This document shows, one piece after another, positions 26,004 to 32,730 of a stretch of DNA of 32,730 bases. Under the pieces are notes generated by a model that did not search any database, was not told the DNA's origin, and saw only the letters and a list, made by a program, of their open reading frames with translations. The stretch's first letter is position 1, and every line of letters starts with the position of its first letter. Made by a program: the position numbers and the translations under genes. The stretch is from Nitrospirota bacterium. Its GTDB lineage: Bacteria > Nitrospirota > Thermodesulfovibrionia > UBA6902. Location: positions 1-32,730 of the forward strand of contig JAJRVB010000311.1 in the NCBI GenBank assembly GCA_024277515.1. The letters run 5' to 3'.

Positions 26004-27110
26004 TTAAGGTTCATTGTTGCAGTATACCCTTCTTATCCTCTGTCCGACTGAGGTGAGGACTTCATAAGGGATCGTGCCGGTCAGGTTTGCGATGTCATCA
26101 GCGCTCACGCCTTCCGTCCCCTGAAAACCCATAAGCTGTACCTCGGTGTCATAGCTGACACCCGGAATGTCCGTAACATCAATCATGGTTGTATCCATGC
26201 ATACCCTGCCGACGACAGGCGCGCGTCTTCCGTTTATAATGACTTCTCCCTGATTTGAGAGTTTTCTGCTGTAGCCGTCCGCGTATCCTGCCGGGATGGT
26301 GGCTATGATGCTTTCCCTTTTTGTGACAAAGGTCCTGCCGTAACTGATGGGCGTGCCTGCCGGGACCTTTTTTAAGAGGATGATGCCGCTTTTCAGGCTC
26401 ATGACTGCTTTTAAATGGTCACTTTCACAGCAGCTGTAACCATAGAGCATAATCCCCGGCCTCACCATATTCAGGTGCGCATCCGGCATGGTGAGCACAG
26501 CAGCGCTGTTGGCCATATGAAGATACGGAAAGTGAATGTTTTTCTGACGCAGTCCTTCTGCCAGGGTCCTGAACTGTGTGAGCTGTGAATCCGCGTAATT
26601 CTTGTCCTGCAGGTCAGCGTCTGAAAAATGGCTCATGAGCCCCTCCAGTTTTATATTTTTGAGCAAAGATATCGCTGCAATTTCTTCAGACGCCTTTCTG
26701 ATGTCAAGGCCGATGCGTCCCATGCCGGTATCGACTTTAATATGTACGGGTATCCGTTTATTATGTCTGCGGGCTTCATCAGAGAACCTCCTGGCAGTGT
26801 CCGGATCAAATACAGTCGGGGTAAGGTCATATTGCAGACATGCTTCAATATTATCTCTGTCAAAAAAAACATGGATGGGAATGGATATGCCTGATTCTCT
26901 GAGGGTGACCGCTTCGTCCGTAAACGCAACGCCGAGTCTTGAAACTCCCTGCTTTATGAGGTGTTTTGATACGCTGACCGCGCCATGACCGTATGCGTCC
27001 GCCTTGACAACAGCCAGGATGTCCGTGTCCCCGGTCTTCTCTTTTACAAACTGCAGATTATGGGACAGCGCATGCAGGTCGATCTCGGCATACGCTTTGT
27101 GTAAGACCAC
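26004..27110 (-). CDS. alr: alanine racemase
   Basis: It has the PLP-lysine motif AVVKADAYGHGA and a conserved C-terminal barrel (VCMD..MIDVT). The GTG start directly abuts the tatA stop. Confidence 0.9.
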   Translation of the reverse strand: MVLHKAYAEIDLHALSHNLQFVKEKTGDTDILAVVKADAYGHGAVSVSKHLIKQGVSRLGVAFTDEAVTLRESGISIPIHVFFDRDNIEACLQYDLTPTVFDPDTARRFSDEARRHNKRIPVHIKVDTGMGRIGLDIRKASEEIAAISLLKNIKLEGLMSHFSDADLQDKNYADSQLTQFRTLAEGLRQKNIHFPYLHMANSAAVLTMPDAHLNMVRPGIMLYGYSCCESDHLKAVMSLKSGIILLKKVPAGTPISYGRTFVTKRESIIATIPAGYADGYSRKLSNQGEVIINGRRAPVVGRVCMDTTMIDVTDIPGVSYDTEVQLMGFQGTEGVSADDIANLTGTIPYEVLTSVGQRIRRVYCNNEP

Positions 27111-27314
27111 CTATGACTTGCTTTCCTCTTTGTCTCCGGTTTCATTATTCTTACCTGGGGTGACATCTATCTCCGGATTTTCAGATGTGGATTTCTTAAA
27201 GTTCTGTATCGCTTCCCCGATTCCCCTGCCGATCTCGGGGAGCCGTGAGGCGCCAAAAAGAATCACGACAATCACCAGGATTATTATCAGTTCTGTCGCT
27301 CCTAAACCAAACAT
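27111..27314 (-). CDS. tatA: twin-arginine translocase subunit TatA/E
   Basis: [41 protein letters not shown] is the canonical TatA TM helix plus amphipathic helix. Confidence 0.9.
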   Translation of the reverse strand: MFGLGATELIIILVIVVILFGASRLPEIGRGIGEAIQNFKKSTSENPEIDVTPGKNNETGDKEESKS

Positions 27315-27952
27315 GTTTTCCTCCTCTCAAGCATTCTTTTAAATCTTGCTTTGTCTCTTATCAGTAAATGCTGATCAACATCATCCGGTGAATTCAGATT
27401 GATAAAAGATGATGCACGGGGATCAATCTTTCTGATTTCCCCGGCAGTGATATATTGTACTCTTTTATTATGCAAAAAATCTCTTAAACTTTTTCTTCCA
27501 GTACGCACCGCCTTTTCCATCGGACCGAGGAGATTTTGTGAGTAAAACGCGAAGAGGGGCTCTGTTTTGTTCATGAGTCGCGGGACAACCGCCGCGTACT
27601 TTTTTGTTCTCTGTGCAGCCATATATTTTATGAGATCCTCACTGATGAACGGCATGTCACATGCGGACACGAATATCCAGTGGTCACGGGAATTGAGGAG
27701 CGCCGTAAAAATCCCCGACATGGGCCCCCTGGTGTTATATGTATCACCCAGCATCGGCGCTCCAAGGCCCGAGTATGCATCCGGCTGGTTGGTGACGATA
27801 AACACGTCTCTGAAAAGATCATTATAAATCCCGAGATTCCTCTCGATAATTTTCCGGCCTTCCACCTCGATAAAGGCCTTTAATACCGGCATCCTGGTAT
27901 TTTCCCCTCCTGCCAGGATTATCCCGGTGCAATTTTTTATAAAAGGTCCCAT
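27302..27952 (-). CDS. mobA: molybdenum cofactor guanylyltransferase
   Basis: The N-terminus is [12 protein letters not shown] and a MobA-like NTP-transferase fold follows (ACDMPFI). It overlaps the tatA start by 13 nt. Confidence 0.8.
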   Translation of the reverse strand: MGPFIKNCTGIILAGGENTRMPVLKAFIEVEGRKIIERNLGIYNDLFRDVFIVTNQPDAYSGLGAPMLGDTYNTRGPMSGIFTALLNSRDHWIFVSACDMPFISEDLIKYMAAQRTKKYAAVVPRLMNKTEPLFAFYSQNLLGPMEKAVRTGRKSLRDFLHNKRVQYITAGEIRKIDPRASSFINLNSPDDVDQHLLIRDKARFKRMLERRKTCLV

Positions 27953-28119
27953 TATGAGTAAATATTAGAGTTCAAAAGTATATGGTTGGATTGTATCCCC
28001 TGCTTACCCGATTGTTCCATGTTTATAATTCGTCACCAGGATGAGGATCACGGTCAGGCACTTTATCCAGTATACGTTTAAAGTCTTTTTTCCTTAGAAT
28101 TATTTTGATCTTTCCTTTT

Positions 28120-28386
28120 TCAATTTATCAGTTTATTATAGTCTTCGTGGCTGCCGATCCAAAACCAAAGCAACCCACCGAGAACCTCAACGGCAACTGC
28201 ACGGTAATGCAAGCCAACTCGAACAGACCAATAGCAACCAGCCTTCTTCATGTGTAGCGAGGGATGACGAGGGTTATTTTTTAACAACGAGAAAGTTTTG
28301 TCTGCAAGGTCTTTAACAGAATGCGGTAGTGTCCTATAGAGTTTCCAAAACTCTGGCGAGGTAAAATGCTTCAAATTTCGGAGCAC
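28120..28386 (-). CDS. RelE/ParE-superfamily type II toxin
   Basis: FWKLY..L....K.LADKTF.LLK.NP.HPSLH.KK....WSVRV...YRAV......WFWIGSHEDYNKL matches the pattern of this toxin family. It overlaps the upstream antitoxin by 16 nt. Confidence 0.75.
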   Translation of the reverse strand: MLRNLKHFTSPEFWKLYRTLPHSVKDLADKTFSLLKNNPRHPSLHMKKAGCYWSVRVGLHYRAVAVEVLGGLLWFWIGSHEDYNKLIN

Positions 28387-28574
28387 TTCCCGGATTTAAA
28401 CGACTTAAGGGCCGCCTCAGTCAATGAGTCAAGTTTACCCGCCAAAGCATCTTTTTCGAACTGTCGATCCCAAGCTTCCGCATCAAACTCCCAGAACCAT
28501 TTCCGAAAAGCCTCAAGTTCATCTGGCTTTAACCCTTGAACTTCTTTTTCAATTTCTTCTATTTTGCTCATCAT
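28371..28574 (-). CDS. type II antitoxin (addiction-module component)
   Basis: This 67-aa acidic protein contains FRKWFWEFDAEAWDRQFEKDALAGKLDSL. An AAGGAG RBS precedes it and it sits upstream of the toxin. Confidence 0.65.
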   Translation of the reverse strand: MMSKIEEIEKEVQGLKPDELEAFRKWFWEFDAEAWDRQFEKDALAGKLDSLTEAALKSFKSGKCSEI

Positions 28575-28812
28575 GATAACTCCTTGTCTTTTCTTGACTT
28601 TATTTTAACAAATTTTTCTTCCGATAGCTATGGCTAAACGGAGGCAATCCTAACATAGTGCATAGGGTCTTTGTTTTTAGCATTCATATGTAAAACGCTA
28701 CAATCAAAGACTTGCCCCGACACTAAAGGAGATTTGTTTTCTCTTGACTTACTTTCTTATAGGCGCTTATCCGATTCGGTCTTTTCCTTCTATGTCCCCA
28801 CATAGCCTATAA

Positions 28813-29355
28813 TCATGGCCTTACAACCCATTCTGCCCACTTGCTGCATTCATTCTTCAAAAAAGCATTCATCTCTTTTAGCTCATCCTTGTTTTGACAT
28901 TTCTTTCTCCACTCATCCAAAAGATAACCAAAACATTCTGCCGGGATATCCGTGGCCCAATCTTTGAATTCTGACCTTGATTCATGATTGTAACGATAAA
29001 TTCCTTTCAATACTCCCATGCAGTGGAGCATCGCCTCTCTATGCATATTTAACTCACAGAGACGGAATACTTCTTGTGCAAAATGCTCCAATTCTTCTTC
29101 CATCATCTCAACGGCCATCTCTTCTGGCCCGATATAGCCACTTGATGTTGATCCTGACCTATCCCATAATTCATGAACATCTATTCCATCCAAGGCATAG
29201 AAAACATCTTCGCAAGTCGCCTCCACATCAACATCCTTGAGCAAACCTTCTGCAATCTCAATAATTTTCATCTCTATATTTTGGTCATGTTTTGCCAACT
29301 GCCTTAATATTCTTAATGCTTCATTTGGTGATATTTTACTGAGTATTTCTTTCAT
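28813..29355 (-). CDS. hypothetical protein (180 aa if started at ATG 29355)
   Basis: The body is helical and acidic, and I did not recognise a family. The track's 233-aa version extends through the GC-rich element 29365-29517 with a low-complexity PASG-rich translation. No obvious RBS precedes 29355, so the start is uncertain. Confidence 0.45.
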   Translation of the reverse strand: MKEILSKISPNEALRILRQLAKHDQNIEMKIIEIAEGLLKDVDVEATCEDVFYALDGIDVHELWDRSGSTSSGYIGPEEMAVEMMEEELEHFAQEVFRLCELNMHREAMLHCMGVLKGIYRYNHESRSEFKDWATDIPAECFGYLLDEWRKKCQNKDELKEMNAFLKNECSKWAEWVVRP

Positions 29356-29364
29356 GATTTTATT

Positions 29365-29517
29365 GACCGAACGCCAAACTGAGGGGTGCGAATTTGTCCG
29401 CCTACGGGCCGACGTGCTTTGGGAACCGCCCGGTGCGCCTGCCTGTCCGGTAGGCAGGGACCCGCTTGCCGGGGTGGTGTGGAGAGCGGGGGAGAAAACC
29501 CCCCGCTTATCCAATTA
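29365..29517. repeat. GC-rich hairpin-dense element X (paralogue of 31586-31784)
   Basis: Hairpins include CCTGCC-N9-GGCAGG (29438-29458) and GCGGGGG-N7-CCCCCGC (29486-29506). It ends in AACCCCCCGCTTATCCAATTA, 20/21 identical to 31764-31784. Confidence 0.55.
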
Positions 29518-29565
29518 TAAATGATCCTATTAGTTTTTTTATCTGGAATCGCCTTGATCCAAGTG

Positions 29566-30048
29566 TTACCCTGCAAGATCATCATGGTCTGTACTTGTGA
29601 TAATATCATGCCATTCTTTAATTTCTTTCTCCATTGTTTCTATCTTTTGTCTGTAAACATTAAGAGTGTCTTTACCTAACATTAGGTGTACCGGGGGGTG
29701 ATTGGAGTTGGCAAGCATTATAAACGCCTGAGACAGTTTTTCAGCACTTCCTGGCTGCTTCTTGTTAACCAGCGGCATTTGACTCCGCATTTCTCCGGCA
29801 GTTTCAGCATAATCTGCAATAATATTCTTGGAAGTTGTCAAAGAAGAACTATCCAAAAAATCTGTTCTGAAAAAACCAGGCTCGACTGCAGTGGCATGAA
29901 TACCTAATGGTGCCAGCTCTGACGCCATAGATTCAGTAATGCCCTCCACTGCAAATTTAGTTGAACAGTACAATCCCCATCCAGTAAACCCTGCTAATCC
30001 GCCAACCGAAGAAAGGTTTATGATATGACCGGATCGCTGTTTACGCAT
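29566..30048 (-). pseudogene. short-chain dehydrogenase/reductase lacking its N-terminal Rossmann segment
   Basis: The ORF begins at ...LPHMRKQRSGHIINLSSVGG, and the catalytic YCSTK motif is present. The ~100-aa TGxxxGxG N-terminus is missing. Only 51 nt separate the ORF from the upstream AraC stop. Confidence 0.6.
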
Positions 30049-30099
30049 ATGTGGCAGGACTTCCCCGTGCGGTCCAAAATTATTGATTATTTAGCCCAA

Positions 30100-30807
30100 T
30101 TACTTTCTTTGCGATGAAGGGGAATGACCGTAATAAGATTTATATACTTTTGAAAAATGAGACATATTTTCAAAGCCAGTCATATAGCAAACATCTGTAA
30201 CTGACAGTTCAGTATTGGAGAGTAGTTCCTTTGCTTTTTTCAGGCGTCGTTCACGAATCCAGCGGGATGGTGAAATATTATAAATGGCTTGAAAATCTCT
30301 TTTGAAACTTGAGGGACTCCGACCAGACAAATACGCAAGGTCATTATTGTCAGGCTCTCTAAAATAAGGGGTTAGCGACTGAATAAATCCAGGCAGGCGC
30401 TGATTCACGTTTTTTACTGATATAGGCGATAACTCATCGGATTGTTTTACAGGAAGATCGACCTTTCTTATAAATTCTCTTAGAAAGTCATCTTTAAGAA
30501 AAAACATCATAAATTCAGAAGTATTATTGTTTTCGGGGTCACCGGATTTATCGTACTCAACTACGATGGCCTTTTTTAGCAGCACCATTTGATTTTTTCC
30601 TAGAGTATATTCTTGTTTGCCATAGCGAATGACATATGTTCCTTGCAATACGAACAATAATAAATGTTCTTCTAAAAACATGGAACCTGTTTTACCCGTC
30701 ACATGGGTGCATGACTGAACAACAGTAAGACCATCCAATATTAGTGAACTTTGAAGATAAGGTGCCACAGGCAGGCCAGTTGGAACTCTTAGCGGTTTAC
30801 TCTTCAT
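30100..30807 (-). CDS. AraC/XylS-family transcriptional regulator (short, possibly internally deleted)
   Basis: It has an N-terminal cupin-like domain and a C-terminal HTH (RLKKAKELLSNTELSVTDVCYMTGFENMSHFSKVYKSYYGHSPS). The region of the first HTH looks compressed. Confidence 0.7.
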   Translation of the reverse strand: MKSKPLRVPTGLPVAPYLQSSLILDGLTVVQSCTHVTGKTGSMFLEEHLLLFVLQGTYVIRYGKQEYTLGKNQMVLLKKAIVVEYDKSGDPENNNTSEFMMFFLKDDFLREFIRKVDLPVKQSDELSPISVKNVNQRLPGFIQSLTPYFREPDNNDLAYLSGRSPSSFKRDFQAIYNISPSRWIRERRLKKAKELLSNTELSVTDVCYMTGFENMSHFSKVYKSYYGHSPSSQRK

Positions 30808-30838
30808 ATTTACGAATATTCCTTCTGATTATGTGTTT

Positions 30839-31168
30839 TTATTTGCTTAACTTGGCACTAGCAAGACGGTTTAAACTTACTCCTGCTTCTGCCGCCTGGA
30901 TTGCAAGTTTTCTGTGTGCTTCAGGTGGAACTCGTACCATAAACTTTCCGCTGTAATTTCTATTAGCAATCGGCTCAGGTATTGTCTCCCCACTTTTTAC
31001 CATATCGCTTACCACCTCAGCAACGACTTTCCGAATGCCTTTCAATGCTCCTTCAGGTGTTTTCGTCAACCAGCTCAAACTTGGGAACTCAACACATAAT
31101 CCTACATATTCTTTATCTTCTTCAGACCAAGTAACACGATAAGTATAATGATCATTTTTCAGTGCCAT
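30839..31168 (-). CDS. hicB: HicB-family antitoxin with C-terminal ribbon-helix-helix
   Basis: The N-terminus is YTYRVTWSEEDKEYVGLCVEFPSLSW and the C-terminus is SGKFMVRVPPEAHRKLAIQAAEAGVSLNRL. Confidence 0.8.
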   Translation of the reverse strand: MALKNDHYTYRVTWSEEDKEYVGLCVEFPSLSWLTKTPEGALKGIRKVVAEVVSDMVKSGETIPEPIANRNYSGKFMVRVPPEAHRKLAIQAAEAGVSLNRLASAKLSK

Positions 31169-31412
31169 AATTTACCTCCAATCTTTCAATGGCCATAAGC
31201 ACTTGTTTGACTTGATATGCTTTAGCCTTTCCTTTATTATTCTGGATATTTACGCGGGGGTCTCCCGGCCATGGCGTTTTATATATTCGATGACTGCTCC
31301 CCCTTTGACGTGACTCCCCAAAATAATAATCACAAACCATACATAAGTCCTTAAATCTTACACTTTTAGGACTTTGATGCATCTGTGCAAGAATATCCTT
31401 GATCTTGCTCAT
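31152..31412 (-). CDS. hicA: HicA-family toxin
   Basis: GSSHRIYKTPWPGDPRVNIQNNKGKAKAYQVKQV follows the HicA-like pattern. It overlaps hicB by 17 nt. Confidence 0.7.
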   Translation of the reverse strand: MSKIKDILAQMHQSPKSVRFKDLCMVCDYYFGESRQRGSSHRIYKTPWPGDPRVNIQNNKGKAKAYQVKQVLMAIERLEVNYGTEK

Positions 31413-31417
31413 ATATG

Positions 31418-31448
31418 ATTATAGTATCATTATTGATATCATTGTCAA
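31418..31448 (-). promoter_or_regulatory. putative sigma70 promoter of hicA-hicB (TTGACA-19 nt-TATAAT)
   Basis: Reverse-complement reading gives TTGACA at 31448-31443 and TATAAT at 31423-31418, only 5 nt before the ATG, implying a near-leaderless transcript. The 19-nt spacer is longer than optimal. Confidence 0.35.
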
Positions 31449-31585
31449 GTCCAGCAATGCGAGGAAGTGCTAATATTGATTTTGACACATAACGATCACC
31501 GAGGCATGACATGTAAGGCACTTACTGACCAATAAGATGATTTGCAGACCACAAACTAATCAAAATCAAAATCATCACCGCTGTC

Positions 31586-31784
31586 ATGCATTCGAGTGCA
31601 TCGCTTGGTGTACGCCCGGCATGGGCGTGAACTAATGGGGTAAAAGTCCCCTGTACCTGTCTGCCGTCAGGCAGGCGTGAACCCTGCTAATAGGATTTCT
31701 TGATATTAGCAGAAGTACTAGCCTAAGGCAAGTCTACGACCTGATTCGCGGGGGGGGGGGGGGGAACCCCCCGCTTATCCGATT
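31586..31784. repeat. GC-rich hairpin-dense element Y with G14 tract (paralogue of X)
   Basis: Six consecutive hairpins were read by eye: ATGCA/TGCAT, ACGCCC/GGGCGT, GGGG/CCCC, CTGCC/GGCAG, CTGCTAATA/TATTAGCAG (9 bp) and GCGGGGGG/CCCCCCGC. GGCGTGAAC occurs twice. A G14 run lies at 31750-31763. The shared terminus AACCCCCCGCTTATCCGATTA overlaps the last codons of the 31774-31962 ORF. Confidence 0.55.
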
Positions 31785-31962
31785 AGGTTTTTTTCAATTT
31801 CCTGATTATGTGTTTGGCAAGATTTTCGTTGACTTCTCGGTGTCTTGGTATTGGTTGGCAAACTTTTGTTTTTGGATTTTGATACCAGTCATGCTTTCCT
31901 CCATGCCTGATAAAGACACATCCATTCTTTTCAATCTCTTTGATTAAAGCTTTTCTTTTCAA
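31774..31962 (-). CDS. hicA: HicA-family toxin (62 aa), not in the supplied ORF track
   Basis: Hand translation from TTG 31962 gives LKRKALIKEIEKNGCVFIRHGGKHDWYQNPKTKVCQPIPRHREVNENLAKHIIREIEKNLIG*. The HicA pattern is G..F.R..G.H....N.....PIPRH.E. The start overlaps the upstream antitoxin stop in a TTGA overlap. Confidence 0.7.
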
Positions 31963-32150
31963 GAGACTTGGAGTTCTGCGACTCTACGCACACAAGGGAT
32001 ATGCCCACTGGTAAGTTCCTGAAAAATATCTTTTAAATTATCTTCAAGTTCTTCTATTGATTCTCCTTGTGTCATGTAATCGGGATACTCTTCTAAATAT
32101 CCCAACCACATACCGTCGTCTTGCCAGTAAATATATTTCATTTTATCCAT
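31959..32150 (-). CDS. HicB-like antitoxin (N-terminal domain only, 63 aa)
   Basis: YIYWQDDGMWLGYLEEYPDYMTQGESIEELEDNLKD matches the HicB/UPF0150 N-domain pattern. It lies directly upstream of the HicA ORF. Confidence 0.7.
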   Translation of the reverse strand: MDKMKYIYWQDDGMWLGYLEEYPDYMTQGESIEELEDNLKDIFQELTSGHIPCVRRVAELQVS

Positions 32151-32347
32151 ATTTAAATTATATTCAATATAGACTTAAACTTCAAATTATTTGTTGTTTA
32201 TTATTTGTCTGACCTAACGGTATCTATACTAAGCAGAACGGGAAAAGTGTTCAGCCCTGCCTTTGATAGAAAATTATATACTTCCCTGACAGAGTTGTAC
32301 AGGAAAAAATACAAAAAAGGTCTACGACTCGATCCGAGAGGGAAGTT

Positions 32348-32488
32348 ATGAAGAGGAAGAAGACAGTGAGTTACAGGAAGCACCAGGAGAGAAAGCGCAA
32401 GATAGCGGGGATGAAGGTAATCGGGATTGATCCGGCGAAGGAGAAGCATCAGGTGACTGTGCTGTTTGATTATGGAAATACTTTGTAA
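32348..32488 (+). pseudogene. IS110-family transposase N-terminal stub
   Basis: MKVIGIDPAKEKHQVTVL (32411-32464) resembles the conserved start of IS110-family DEDD transposases. Similarity stops where the RelE-like gene ends (32470), and a stop follows at 32486. Confidence 0.5.
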
Positions 32489-32730
32489 ATGTCTTTTCGA
32501 TGTGCAACTCGTTGACAGATTAACACTTTTGTGGTTTTGTCTATTGCGATGCCTATTCTATATTTACCGATTCGGATTTTGTATCTGTCTGGATAACCTG
32601 TCATACGTTCGAGATATCTGAGATCGAAAGGATTAGAAGACAATAGTTCCCCAAAAACTATTTTTTCGGCTTGAACTCGTATTTCATTGGGTAACTTGGA
32701 AAGTTCTTTGAGAAAACGTTTTGTATATTC
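32470..32730 (-). CDS. RelE/ParE-family toxin, N-terminus beyond window edge; not in the supplied ORF track
   Basis: Hand translation gives EYTKRFLKELSKLPNEIRVQAEKIVFGELLSSNPFDLRYLERMTGYPDRYKIRIGKYRIGIAIDKTTKVLICQRVAHRKDIYKVFP*. The canonical RelE motifs are present (YRIRIGKYRI...HRKDIYK). Confidence 0.8.
   Translation of the reverse strand, partial: EYTKRFLKELSKLPNEIRVQAEKIVFGELLSSNPFDLRYLERMTGYPDRYKIRIGKYRIGIAIDKTTKVLICQRVAHRKDIYKVFP

Noticed and set aside
28023-28124. Minus-strand reading frame IEKGKIKIILRKKDFKRILDKVPDRDPHPGDEL* just downstream of the ParE-like toxin
   Set aside because: The C-terminal ...KVPDRDPHPGDEL resembles tails of some antitoxins. However, the frame has no ATG/GTG/TTG start with an RBS and is only 33 codons long. 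It is most likely a gene remnant, and is not called as a feature.
29356-29514. N-terminal extension of the 28813..29514 ORF (MDKRGVFSPALHTTPASGSLPTGQAGAPGG...)
   Set aside because: The extension is the translation of GC-rich repeat element X, which is stop-poor because of its GC content. It is low-complexity. The start of the real gene remains uncertain.
31586-31784. Element Y as a group II intron fragment, or a tRNA/tmRNA-derived att site
   Set aside because: It has no GUGYG 5' end with a domain V-like GA..GAAA..hairpin, and no RT ORF. The GGTTCACGCC strings only superficially resemble a T-arm and lack an acceptor stem.
32201-32449. 82-aa minus-strand ORF antisense to the IS110-like stub
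   Set aside because: It is Leu/Pro-rich and low-complexity, with no RBS. It overlaps the better-supported transposase N-terminus on the other strand.
28120-32730. Hypothesis that the co-oriented TA island is a chromosomal integron cassette array, with X, Y and the AATYGGATAAGCG motif as attC sites
   Set aside because: I could not find RYYYAAC ... GTTRRRY core pairs at the spacer ends (the nearest are GTTCGGT and GTTTGGC). No intI is in the window. AraC-SDR and AraC-HicB are separated by only 31-51 nt. The hypothesis remains testable by running attC covariance models and extending the contig.

Overview
Chromosomal window from a cytochrome-rich, probably nitrate-respiring bacterium; the taxon cannot be determined from sequence alone. 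All calls come from reading the sequence and the ORF track by eye, with no searches run.

Left third: the 3' part of nagA, Sco1/PCuAC copper chaperones and RNase D. Then a minus-strand periplasmic nitrate reductase operon, napA-G-H-B-D, with no napC in the window. It is divergent from a two-component system whose kinase carries a CXXCH (haem c) sensor domain. Downstream of that system lie a NapD paralogue and an octahaem HAO-family cytochrome. A 38-nt element made of four helically phased TGTWAA hexamers sits upstream of both the nap operon and the NapD2/HAO operon. The two copies are 34/38 identical and have the same orientation relative to each operon.

Middle: a secreted Zn-PLC/S1-P1-like protein, scpB, a Phd(AbrB-type)/Doc TA pair and tRNA-Leu(CAG). 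A pentahaem cytochrome follows whose reading frame continues through a single in-frame TGA with a SECIS-like hairpin after it, making it a candidate selenoprotein. Then LysR, an aspartase/fumarase-family lyase, a PocR-GAF-GGDEF protein, a P-loop ATPase, and mobA-tatA-alr. Three copies of a 168-174 bp foldback MITE-like element are scattered in intergenic regions.

Right end (28.1-32.7 kb): a strictly co-oriented accessory island. It holds five type II TA modules (one toxin ORF is absent from the supplied track, one is cut by the window edge), decayed AraC/SDR genes and an IS110-like transposase stub. It also holds two paralogous GC-rich hairpin-dense elements, one ending in a G14 tract.
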